DNA of 64,000 nucleotides from NCBI RefSeq assembly GCF_054482595.1, contig NZ_CM137008.1; one strand, 5' to 3'. Shown piece by piece: positions 11,892 to 21,266 of this stretch (position 1 is its first letter; each line of letters starts with the position of its first letter). The notes under the pieces were generated by a model. It saw only the letters and a program-made list of their open reading frames with translations, ran no database searches and was not told where the DNA came from. The position numbers and the translations under genes were made by a program.

Positions 11892-14028
11892 GATGCTGGC
11901 TTATCAGATTCAGTACGTCGCGCACACTGTCGAGCATAGGTGTACCTGGACCATAAATCGCCGCCACGCCGCGCTCTTGCAGGAAGGCGTAATCCTGCGG
12001 TGGAATGACGCCACCGGCGACTACGCAGATATCTTCGCGTCCCCATTTTTTCAGCGCTTCGACCAGTTCCGGGATCAGCGTTTTATGACCGGCAGCCAGT
12101 GAGGATGCGCCCACTACGTGAACGTCATTTTCTACTGCCAGGCGGGCGATCTCTTCAGGTGTAGAGAACATCGGGCTTAAATCTACGTCGAAACCGAGAT
12201 CGGAATAGGCGCTGGCGATCACTTTCGCGCCGCGATCGTGCCCATCCTGGCCCATTTTGGCGATCAGAATGCGCGGGCGACGACCATTGTCGACAAGGAA
12301 CTGCTCCGTTTGCGCAACAATGGCATCGAACTCGGAGGCCGATTTCTCAGATTGATGATAGCTTTGCGCAATCACGCCGGTAACACACTGGCTTGGCACC
12401 AGATAACGGTCGAAAGCGGCTTCCAGCGCATCGGAAATTTCACCCAGGGTGGCGCGAACGCGAGCGGCATTAACAGCGGCAGCCAGCAGGTTTTCGTTAT
12501 GCTGGGCGGCGTGAGTCAGGGCGTTCAACGCGGCGGTTACGGCGGCATTATCACGGGTGGCGCGAATGCGTTCCAGCGAAGCAATTTGCTCGTTACGCAC
12601 CATCACGTTGTCGATCTCAAGTACATCGGTTTCGTCTTCGTGATCCAGTTTGTACTTGTTGACACCAACGATGACACGTTTGCCCTGGTCGATAAGCGAC
12701 TGTTCGCGCGCTGAGGCCTCTTCGATCATTCGTTTTGGCAGACCTGCTTCGATCGCTTTCGCCATGCCACCGGCTTCGTCGATCTGTTGGATAATAGCTC
12801 TGGCTTGTTTGACGATTTGATCGGTCAGCGACTCAACGTAATAGGATCCGGCCAGCGGATCGACGGTGCGGCAGAGTTCTGATTCTTCCTGGATGATGAT
12901 CTGGGTGTTGCGGGCAATGCGTGCTGAGAAATCGGTAGGCAAACCAAGCGCTTCGTCAAAGGCGTTGGTATGCAGTGACTGAGTACCACCCAGCGTCGCA
13001 GCCAGTGCTTCAATGGTGGTGCGGATAACGTTGTTATACGGATCCTGTTCAGTCAGGCTCCAGCCTGAGGTCTGGCAGTGGGTACGCAGCGCCAGTGATT
13101 TCGGGTCCTGTGCGCCAAATCCACTGACCGCTTCGCTCCATAAATAACGTGCCGCACGCAACATGGCGACGTTCATAAACAGATCCATGCCGATGCCGAA
13201 GAAGAACGACAGGCGAGGAGCGAAGTCATCAATTTTCAGTCCGGCAGAGATTGCTGCTTTGATGTACTCAATCCCATCAGCGAGCGTAAATGCTACCTGC
13301 TGCACGCAGTTGGCACCCGCTTCACCCATGTGGTAACCGCTGATACTGATGGTATTAAATCGCGGCATGTTGCCGGAACACCAGGCGATGATGTCGGCGA
13401 TAATGCGCATTGACGGTTTTGGCGGGTAAATATAGGTGTTGCGGCAGAGGTACTCTTTGAGGATATCGTTCTGAATGGTGCCGGTCAGTTTATCAGGTGT
13501 AACACCTTGCTCTTCCGCGGCGACGATATAAAACGCCAGTACTGGTAGCACTGCGCCATTCATGGTCATCGAAACCGACATTTTATCCAGCGGGATCTGG
13601 TCGAACAGGACTTTCATATCTTCCACGGTGTCGATAGCGACGCCCGCTTTGCCGACGTCGCCCGCCACGCGCGGGTTATCGGAGTCGTAGCCTCGGTGGG
13701 TGGCAAGGTCAAACGCAACGGAAAGACCTTTTTGCCCGGCGGCCAGGTTACGGCGATAAAAAGCGTTGGACTCTTTTGCTGTTGAAAAACCAGCATACTG
13801 ACGGATGGTCCACGGTTGGGCGGTATACATAGTGGCACGCGGGCCACGAACGTAGGGCGGCAAACCAGGAAGGGTACCTGTCACCTCCAGATTATCGAGA
13901 TCGGCTTCGGTATACAGCGGCTTGATGGCGATCTCTTCCGCGGTTTGCTGAACCAGCGAGTCGACAGTTTTCTCCCGACGGCTCAATTCCTTGTTGGCAA
14001 GCTGTTGCCACTCCTGCACGTTAGACAT
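11884..14028 (-). CDS. scpA: methylmalonyl-CoA mutase (B12-dependent)
   Basis: ORF 11884..14049 trimmed to [15 protein letters not shown] giving 714 aa; overlaps argK start by 8 nt. Confidence 0.93.
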
Positions 14029-14174
14029 TATTTGCTCCGTAAAACGCAATCAAAATGAGGGTATTTGCGCCTACGGTGAGCTTTTTACGTGGGTTTGTCG
14101 CCAGCAAAAAAAATGCATTCAGACGTCGTTTTTTGCCGCCTGAGATTTGTCTATTTTGTGATGTGATTCAAGGA

Positions 14175-14218
14175 ATACAAAAAGAAGTGAGGACAACGCC
14201 TGATATGTGCTATCAGGC
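14175..14218 (-). terminator. putative terminator downstream of argP (palindrome gcctgatatgtgctatcaggc followed on minus strand by T-rich tract)
   Basis: Perfect 8-bp arms; minus-strand downstream sequence GTTGTCCTCACTTCTTTTTG. Confidence 0.4.
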
Positions 14219-14231
14219 ATTATTTGATGGA

Positions 14232-15125
14232 TTAATCCTGACGAAGGACTTTGTGACCATAATCGAGTAACGCATCAGTGACTTTACGCATCATGCGGCT
14301 TTCAGGTGCAAAGCGGTGCCAGTAAAGCATTCGGCGTTGAAATAGCCCAGGCGTTAAGTCAATCAGTTCACCGCTGGCCAGCTCTTTCTCGATTTGCAGG
14401 TGCGGGATCATACAGCAGGTGGTGCCCTGGCGAGCAAGTTGTACGAACGCTTCTGAAGAATTAACGATATGGCAGGGCACGCTGCCTGGAGGCAGATCGA
14501 AGTTTTGCTGCAAAAAGGCCTGGTGCATATCGTCAAGATGGTCAAACGCGACCACTGGCGCTTTCAGTAATGCCGAACGCGTTACGCCGTTAGGGAAATA
14601 TTTTTCGGCAAAGGGTTTTGAGCTGACGAACAGATAGTCGAGCGCACCAAGTTTATCGACAAGACAACTCGGCAGCGCCTGATGTTGAATACTCACCGCG
14701 CCGACCACTTCGCCGCGGCGCAGACGTTCCTGAGTGCGGGTTTCATCTTCTACCTGCAAGTTGAGGCGGATAGGCGAATCAGCCAACACAGGAGCCAGTG
14801 CAGGAAGCAACCACGTCGCCAGACTGTCGGCGTTGACCGCCAGTGAAAGCAGCAGCGGAGTCGAACCGGTTTGTTCATCGCCCAGCCACTCTTCTTCCAG
14901 CAACTCCACCTGGCGCAGCAGTGCCAGCAGTTTTTGACCTTGTTCCGTTGGGCGCGGCGGTACGGTACGCACCAACAGCGGCTGCCCGAACATATTTTCC
15001 AGTTGCTTAATGCGCTGTGAGACGGCTGATTGTGTAATGCACAGCTTTTGTGCCGCGCGCTCAAATCCTCGTTCACGTATTACCGCATCCAGTGCCTGTA
15101 ATGTTCTGTAGTCCGGGCGTTTCAT
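14232..15125 (-). CDS. argP: LysR-family regulator ArgP (IciA)
   Basis: ORF 14232..15314 trimmed to [28 protein letters not shown] giving 297 aa. Confidence 0.9.
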
Positions 15126-15195
15126 TGCTGTTGTCTGCTCCTGGTAAATGCTTTTTCCTGCACTATGACATAATTTTGCGTTGGGTACAGAGCAT

Positions 15196-16521
15196 TTAAC
15201 GCATACAAAAGCGGTCGTAATGGAAGTTTTGGCTGGCAATCCCATTTTCATATAACCCTTTGCTGAGCGCTTTGGCAAAACTCTGTGGGCCGCAAAACCA
15301 GAAATGGGTGTCACCTTTATTTGCTATTTTATCAGTAAGATAGTGCGACTGTAGGCGCTCACCTTTATGCGCATCAAGCAGATGCAGTGTGACACTGGCC
15401 TGGGCACAAAGTGAGGTAAGTTTATCAACATACCATGCATCCTCGCTTCGGCTGACGCAATACCAGAGATCCACAGGAACACGGGACGCGCCATGCTGGT
15501 TCAGATACTCAAGCTGGGCGATAAAGGGGGTAATGCCGATGCCTCCAGCTATCCATACCTGGCGGGAGCAAGGGAGAGTAAAATCAAACTTTCCCCATGG
15601 CCCTTCAACGAGAGCGGACTGGCCGATTTTTATCGAGGATGCCAGAGTCGAGGTATAATCCCCTAAATTTTTGATGGCAAAGCGCAACGTGTTCTTCTCT
15701 ATTGCATATGAAGCGATAGTAAAAGGGTGAGACTCTTTACTGTGTGCGAACGTTAAGAATGCAAACTGACCCGGAGAATAGTCGATGGCATGTTCCAGCT
15801 CCAGTATGACTTCGGTAATTTGTCCCGGATGGTTAACAATACTTTTAATGGTGGCCTGATGCTTGTTTTTATTACCGTTTAATTTCAGCAGCGAAATGAA
15901 AGCCACAAAGACGCCTGGGATAGTAATTAAAATTAATAAATACGCAGCAGGAGTTTCCCACCAATATGATTTAAACAGTGCAGTAAATACATGAAAAGCA
16001 ATTGCCAGATAAAAAACGGGGAACAAACGGTGAACAAGATGAAATAAATGATAGGGAACTTTTTTGCTTAGAGACACGAAAACCATCGCTATCATAATAA
16101 ACATTGCACATTCACCCGCTAACAATCCCGCATGAAGCCAATTTTCTTGTACTGGCGTCAGGTTAATATCAACGATTTTACCAGGGTGAGTAAGCCAGCC
16201 AAAGGCGACGAATAACTGGGGTAATTTTTCATCCAGCCAGTGGGCGAAAGCAAAAGCGATGGCGCATATTCCTGCCCACTTATGTAATCGCCATGCTTTA
16301 TCCAGACCGCCCAGCATCTTGTTAAGCCATGATGAACGCAACGATAAGCACATCGTCAGCGTCATCAGACACCACGCAAGGGTTCCCGTAAAAAAGAGTG
16401 TGTTTTGTCGAATGAACCATATTAGCGCGATTGGCTTTTCACGAAAAATATCGCCGGATGACAAAAAAATAATACATGCGACAAAGCAAACCAACGTACC
16501 TGTAAGATTAGCTTTTTTCAT
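15196..16521 (-). CDS. NADPH-oxidase/ferric-reductase-family membrane flavocytochrome b (ferric reductase TM domain + FAD + NAD(P)H domains)
   Basis: 441 aa; bis-His motifs [15 protein letters not shown] and [14 protein letters not shown] in predicted TM helices, FAD motif HPFTIAS, NAD(P)H motif GGIGITPF, C-terminal FCGP. Confidence 0.75.
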
Positions 16522-16583
16522 TTTTTTATTTCATTTTGGCAGCGGAGCATAGAACAGTTCCATGCTCCCATTAAATAGAGTGA

Positions 16584-16844
16584 TTATTTATAGAAAATCA
16601 CAGTGGCGTGGATATAATTTTTACCGGAGAAAGAACTGATGTAGTAATTGCTGGCTTGTAACTCTTCCGCTTTCTCTTTGATTTGGCTTTCAACGCCCGC
16701 TGGGTTGCTATTGTGTGTAGACATGCTCACTTTTGATAACTGTTCAAGATTATTGTCCGGTTTGTGTATCTCGGTTGCTGCAAATGCATGTCCTGTGAGA
16801 GTGCAAAGAAATAACGCGGTAAATAAATTTTGCTTAATAGACAT
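16584..16844 (-). CDS. small secreted DUF1471 (YdgH/BhsA/McbA-like) protein
   Basis: 86 aa; signal peptide MSIKQNLFTALFLCTLTGHAFA; C-terminal YYISSFSGKNYIHATVIFYK resembles DUF1471 signature. Confidence 0.6.
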   Translation of the reverse strand: MSIKQNLFTALFLCTLTGHAFAATEIHKPDNNLEQLSKVSMSTHNSNPAGVESQIKEKAEELQASNYYISSFSGKNYIHATVIFYK

Positions 16845-16860
16845 AATAACTCCTTTTATA

Positions 16861-17490
16861 TTAAACGTAATGATTAAATACTTGTGTAATAAGATCAGGG
16901 ATTTGCGCTAATGCATTTTGCTCGGCGAGTTCGCGTCCCGGTTGGGTTTTGTCGACACCTTCTGCACGTAAAATATGTGTATTGGTAATGCCCATTAATT
17001 TCAGCGTGGCTTGCAGATAACTTTCCTGATGATCCAGCGCCAGATGTGCTTCATCGCAATAGATACCGCCGCGCGTCGAGACAATAAACGTCGGTTTATC
17101 CTTCAGTAACCCAACGGCGCCTGCAGAGCTAAAACGAAACGTTAAACCAGCCTGACACACCTGATCTATCCAGGTTTTGAGGCCAGATGAAACGCTGTGA
17201 TTAATCATCGGCGCGCCAATAATGAGCACATCGCACGATGCCAGTTCATCAATAGCGGCGTGGATATCATTCACCTCCTGCTGAATTTGTGCGTTCTTGC
17301 ACTCTGCTTTATCGCAAAGCGCCAGAAAGGTTTCTTCACGCAAATGGGGCGGCGGCGTCAGGCCAACGTCGCGATGAATAATTGTGGCTTGAGGAAAGTG
17401 TTGGCAAAGCGCTTCTACCAGCGTCTGGCTTAATTTCCGCGAACTTGAATGCTTAAGCATTGGGCTACTGTCGATATGAAGAATTTTCAT
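16861..17490 (-). CDS. FMN-dependent NAD(P)H azoreductase/quinone reductase-like flavoprotein (flavodoxin-like fold)
   Basis: 209 aa; motifs GAPMINHSVSS, LTFRFSSAGAVG, VSTRGG parallel AzoR-family motifs; 16 bp upstream of DUF1471 gene. Confidence 0.78.
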   Translation of the reverse strand: MKILHIDSSPMLKHSSSRKLSQTLVEALCQHFPQATIIHRDVGLTPPPHLREETFLALCDKAECKNAQIQQEVNDIHAAIDELASCDVLIIGAPMINHSVSSGLKTWIDQVCQAGLTFRFSSAGAVGLLKDKPTFIVSTRGGIYCDEAHLALDHQESYLQATLKLMGITNTHILRAEGVDKTQPGRELAEQNALAQIPDLITQVFNHYV

Positions 17491-17497
17491 GGGCTTG

Positions 17498-17518
17498 CTC
17501 TCATTTCTGCGATGAGAG
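17498..17518. promoter_or_regulatory. candidate LysR-type operator (inverted repeat CTCTCAT-N7-ATGAGAG containing T-N11-A) in divergent promoter region
   Basis: Palindrome centred about 20 bp upstream of AzoR-like start, between divergent LysR gene and operon. Confidence 0.4.
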
Positions 17519-17590
17519 AAGTTTAACTGTTGTTTATATGGTGATTAAATAGACATAATTGAACTTCATTGTTGTGAAAATAGAACAATC

Positions 17591-18487
17591 ATGATCGACT
17601 GGAATGATTATTACTACTTTGCCCTGATTGCCGATGAAGGCAGCTACAGCCAGGCGGCGCTGCGTGCGGGCGTGTCGAAATCGGTATTAAGCCGACGAAT
17701 GGCTGCACTGGAGGAGCGCCTTGGCGTACGGCTTATTCAGCGAACTACGCGGCGTCTGGCCCTGACGGCGGCAGGCGAACAGTTTGCTGTCGAATGTCGG
17801 GCGCTGATGGCGCAGGAGGAACGGGCTAGAGCGGTGGTGATGGCCGCCCAGGAAAGCCCACAGGGAATGCTGCGCGTCAGCGCGCCGGTATTTATGGCTG
17901 AAACATGGTTTGGTGAGTTTGTCAGTGAGTTTATCGCCCGTTGGCCCCTGGCGAAGGTGCAACTGCTGGCAATTAATCGCCCGGTGGATATGGTCGCTGA
18001 AGGCATTGATATTGCGCTGGTTACGGCTTCCGGCGCGCTTGCTGACTCGACGCTGCATTATAAAAAATTACATACCCAGGCTGATATTTTAGTTGCCAGT
18101 TCTCAGTGGCTGGCCCGCCATCCGCAGGTGAAAGCTATTGAAGATCTTAACCACGTCGACGGGATCCTTCGGCTGGCGAACAATGGCGGGAGCCAGTGGC
18201 AATTAATTAATGGCGAACAGGAGATTACGCTGCAGCCTGAGGCGCGTTTGCAGTCAAATAACCTTCGCGTCATGCTGCAAGCAGTACTTGGTGGGAATGG
18301 CGTGGCGTTATTGCCTCAATTTGCCTGTAAACAGGGGCTTGCGAACGGTGAACTGGTGCGCCTGTTTGCACCGTGGAGCGGCATACCCAGACCGTTGTAT
18401 GCTTTATTTGCGGGGCGAAAGGGGATGCCTGCCATTGCGCGATATTTTATGGATGAGTTAACCACGCGGCTTGCCAACGGGGTCTGA
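17591..18487 (+). CDS. LysR-family transcriptional regulator (intact; K-12 appears to retain only the yqfE fragment)
   Basis: 298 aa; [31 protein letters not shown]; divergent from redox operon. Confidence 0.8.
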
Positions 18488-18542
18488 ATCGCTTTTTTTG
18501 TATATAATGCGTGTGAAATTTCATACCACAGGCGAAACGATC

Positions 18543-19202
18543 ATGACGCAGGATGAATTGAAAAAAGCAGTAGGATGGGCGGCACTTCAGTATGTTCAGC
18601 CCGGCACCATTGTTGGTGTAGGTACAGGTTCCACCGCCGCACACTTTATTGACGCGCTCGGTACAATGAAAGGCCAGATTGAAGGGGCCGTTTCCAGTTC
18701 AGATGCTTCCACTGAAAAACTGAAAAGCCTCGGCATTCACGTTTTTGATCTCAACGAAGTCGACAGCCTTGGCATCTACGTTGATGGCGCAGATGAAATC
18801 AACGGCCACATGCAAATGATCAAAGGCGGCGGCGCGGCGCTGACCCGTGAAAAAATCATTGCTTCGGTTGCAGAAAAATTTATCTGTATTGCAGACGCTT
18901 CCAAGCAGGTTGATATTCTGGGTAAATTCCCGCTGCCAGTAGAAGTTATCCCGATGGCACGTAGTGCAGTGGCGCGCCAGCTGGTGAAACTGGGCGGTCG
19001 TCCGGAATACCGTCAGGGCGTGGTGACCGATAATGGCAACGTGATCCTCGACGTCCACGGCATGGAAATCCTTGACCCGATAGCGATGGAAAACGCCATA
19101 AATGCGATTCCTGGCGTGGTGACTGTTGGCTTGTTTGCTAACCGTGGCGCGGACGTTGCGCTGATTGGCACACCTGACGGTGTCAAAACCATTGTGAAAT
19201 GA
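18543..19202 (+). CDS. rpiA: ribose-5-phosphate isomerase A
   Basis: ORF 18471..19202 trimmed to [21 protein letters not shown] giving 219 aa. Confidence 0.93.
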
Positions 19203-19206
19203 TCTG

Positions 19207-19235
19207 ACGGGGGAACCTCCCCCGTTAAAAAAATT
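19207..19235 (+). terminator. possible rpiA terminator hairpin (acggggg-aacc-tcccccgt)
   Basis: 7-8 bp G/C stem right after rpiA stop; followed by A-run then T-rich, so weak. Confidence 0.35.
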
Positions 19236-19457
19236 CTCTTCATTAAATTTGGTGACATGTGTCACGTTTTTATCTGGCTATTGTCGATTGCTCTAAATAA
19301 ATCCTCTAAACCAGCATATTCATCCAAGAATTACCTTTGCGTGATATTTCCTCAACATCGCGACGCAAACGTTCATATTGCCGCAATATTATTTTTTGAT
19401 ATGTTGAAAGGCGGACGCAAATCCGCACACAACATTTCAAAAGACAGGATTGGGTAA

Positions 19458-20690
19458 ATGGCAAAGGTATCGCTGGAGAAAGACAAGATTAAGTTTCTGC
19501 TGGTAGAAGGAGTGCACCAAAAGGCGCTGGAAAGCCTTCGTGCAGCTGGTTACACCAACATCGAATTTCACAAAGGCGCGCTGGATGATGAACAATTAAA
19601 AGAATCCATCCGCGATGCCCACTTCATCGGCCTGCGATCCCGTACCCATCTGACTGAAGACGTGATCAACGCCGCAGAAAAGCTGGTCGCTATTGGCTGT
19701 TTCTGTATAGGAACAAACCAGGTTGATCTGGATGCGGCGGCAAAGCGCGGGATCCCGGTATTTAACGCACCGTTCTCAAATACGCGCTCTGTTGCGGAGC
19801 TGGTGATTGGCGAACTGCTGCTGCTATTGCGCGGCGTGCCGGAAGCCAATGCTAAAGCGCACCGTGGCGTGTGGAACAAACTGGCGGCGGGTTCTTTTGA
19901 AGCGCGCGGCAAAAAGCTGGGTATCATCGGCTACGGTCATATTGGTACGCAATTGGGCATTCTGGCTGAATCGCTGGGAATGTATGTTTACTTTTATGAT
20001 ATTGAAAATAAACTGCCGCTGGGCAACGCCACTCAGGTACAGCATCTTTCTGACCTGCTGAATATGAGCGATGTGGTGAGTCTGCATGTACCAGAGAATC
20101 CGTCCACCAAAAATATGATGGGCGCGAAAGAAATTTCACTAATGAAGCCCGGCTCGCTGCTGATTAATGCTTCGCGCGGTACTGTGGTGGATATTCCGGC
20201 GCTGTGTGATGCGCTGGCGAGCAAACATCTGGCGGGGGCGGCAATCGACGTATTCCCGACGGAACCGGCGACCAATAGCGATCCATTTACCTCTCCGCTG
20301 TGTGAATTCGACAACGTCCTTCTGACGCCACACATTGGCGGTTCGACTCAGGAAGCGCAGGAGAATATTGGCCTGGAAGTTGCGGGTAAATTGATCAAGT
20401 ATTCTGACAATGGCTCAACGCTCTCTGCGGTGAACTTCCCAGAAGTCTCGCTGCCACTGCACGGTGGGCGTCGTCTGATGCACATCCACGAAAACCGTCC
20501 GGGCGTGCTAACTGCGCTGAACAAAATCTTCGCCGAGCAGGGCGTCAACATCGCCGCGCAATATCTACAAACTTCCGCCCAGATGGGTTATGTGGTTATT
20601 GATATTGAAGCCGACGAAGACGTTGCCGAAAAAGCGCTGCAGGCAATGAAAGCTATTCCGGGTACCATTCGCGCCCGTCTGCTGTACTAA
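19458..20690 (+). CDS. serA: D-3-phosphoglycerate dehydrogenase
   Basis: ORF track 410 aa, MAKVSLEKDKIKFLLVEGVHQKALESLRAAGY. Confidence 0.95.
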   Translation: MAKVSLEKDKIKFLLVEGVHQKALESLRAAGYTNIEFHKGALDDEQLKESIRDAHFIGLRSRTHLTEDVINAAEKLVAIGCFCIGTNQVDLDAAAKRGIPVFNAPFSNTRSVAELVIGELLLLLRGVPEANAKAHRGVWNKLAAGSFEARGKKLGIIGYGHIGTQLGILAESLGMYVYFYDIENKLPLGNATQVQHLSDLLNMSDVVSLHVPENPSTKNMMGAKEISLMKPGSLLINASRGTVVDIPALCDALASKHLAGAAIDVFPTEPATNSDPFTSPLCEFDNVLLTPHIGGSTQEAQENIGLEVAGKLIKYSDNGSTLSAVNFPEVSLPLHGGRRLMHIHENRPGVLTALNKIFAEQGVNIAAQYLQTSAQMGYVVIDIEADEDVAEKALQAMKAIPGTIRARLLY

Positions 20691-20711
20691 TTCCCCTTCT
20701 CTGACAATCAA

Positions 20712-20741
20712 CGGGCAGGTCACTGACTTGCCCGTTTTTTT
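20712..20741 (+). terminator. serA intrinsic terminator (cgggcaggtcactgacttgcccg + T7)
   Basis: Hairpin followed by TTTTTTT. Confidence 0.75.
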
Positions 20742-20824
20742 ATCCCTTCTCCACACCGTTGCCGCGTTGCGCATTCTACTTTGCGAGTCTGCTCCAGAAA
20801 ATAAATCAAAGTCAGATCAATGCG

Positions 20825-20852
20825 TTGTGTTTATTTAATGGGGATTTACGAT
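20825..20852 (+). promoter_or_regulatory. putative ibs (copy 1) sigma70 promoter TTGTGT-N16-TACGAT
   Basis: -35/-10 hexamers about 65 nt upstream of the toxin ATG; conserved in copy 2. Confidence 0.45.
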
Positions 20853-20874
20853 GGCGGGACAGCACAGGGCTGTA

Positions 20875-21018
20875 ACGGTAAAGCCCTCACCGAAGCGAGG
20901 GCTTGAAGGAGAAGGGTTATGATGCGACTTGTCATCATACTGATTGTACTGTTACTCATAAGTTTCCCAGCTTATTAACAGTCAGTCTCAGGGGAGGAGT
21001 AATCCTCCCTTACCCTTA
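20875..21018 (-). ncRNA. Sib-like antisense sRNA (type I antitoxin), copy 1; ends approximate
   Basis: Minus-strand promoter TTGACA-N17-TAATTT (21053..21025) giving TSS near 21018; transcript fully antisense to ibs ORF and SD; 3' hairpin gccctcgcttcggtgagggc. Confidence 0.55.
20919..20978 (+). CDS. Ibs-family type I toxin, 19 aa (MMRLVIILIVLLLISFPAY), variant copy
   Basis: Short ORF below ORF-track cutoff; SD AGGAG 8 nt upstream; hydrophobic 19-mer matching the Ibs family. Confidence 0.7.
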   Translation: MMRLVIILIVLLLISFPAY

Positions 21019-21024
21019 CTCACT

Positions 21025-21053
21025 AAATTAGGTTAAAGAATCAACGATGTCAA
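21025..21053 (-). promoter_or_regulatory. Sib copy 1 promoter (consensus -35 TTGACA, 17-bp spacer, -10 TAATTT)
   Basis: Read on minus strand: TTGACATCGTTGATTCTTTAACCTAATTT. Confidence 0.6.
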
Positions 21054-21216
21054 TCAGGGCGATGCGGGATGTATCGCCCTGAACCGATCATTTGATAGAC
21101 ACTTCATCGCCCACGTTTACTGCCGTAATTAATCCCTTATCCCTGCAATGTGTGTCTGTCTTACATGACGTTTTACGAGTGCGCTCGAAGAAAAAATTTA
21201 AAGGTAGATCAATGCG

Positions 21217-21244
21217 TTGTGCTTATTTAAAGAGAGTTTACGAT
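21217..21244 (+). promoter_or_regulatory. putative ibs (copy 2) promoter TTGTGC-N16-TACGAT
   Basis: Same position relative to ATG as copy 1 (392-bp period). Confidence 0.45.
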
Positions 21245-21266
21245 GGCAGGGCAGCATGGGGCTGTA

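Noticed and set aside
15196-18487. Possibility that the argP-rpiA insert is a mobile element or prophage remnant
   Set aside because: No integrase, transposase, tRNA target or terminal inverted/direct repeats were seen. The LysR gene appears to correspond to the K-12 pseudogene remnant, suggesting deletion in K-12 rather than insertion here.
20991-21080. Hairpins ggggaggagtaatcctccc and cagggcgatgcgggatgtatcgccctg downstream of ibs copy 1 as intrinsic terminators
   Set aside because: Neither is followed by a U-tract on either strand. They overlap the Sib promoter region and are more likely structural parts of the ibs 3' end or Sib 5' leader.
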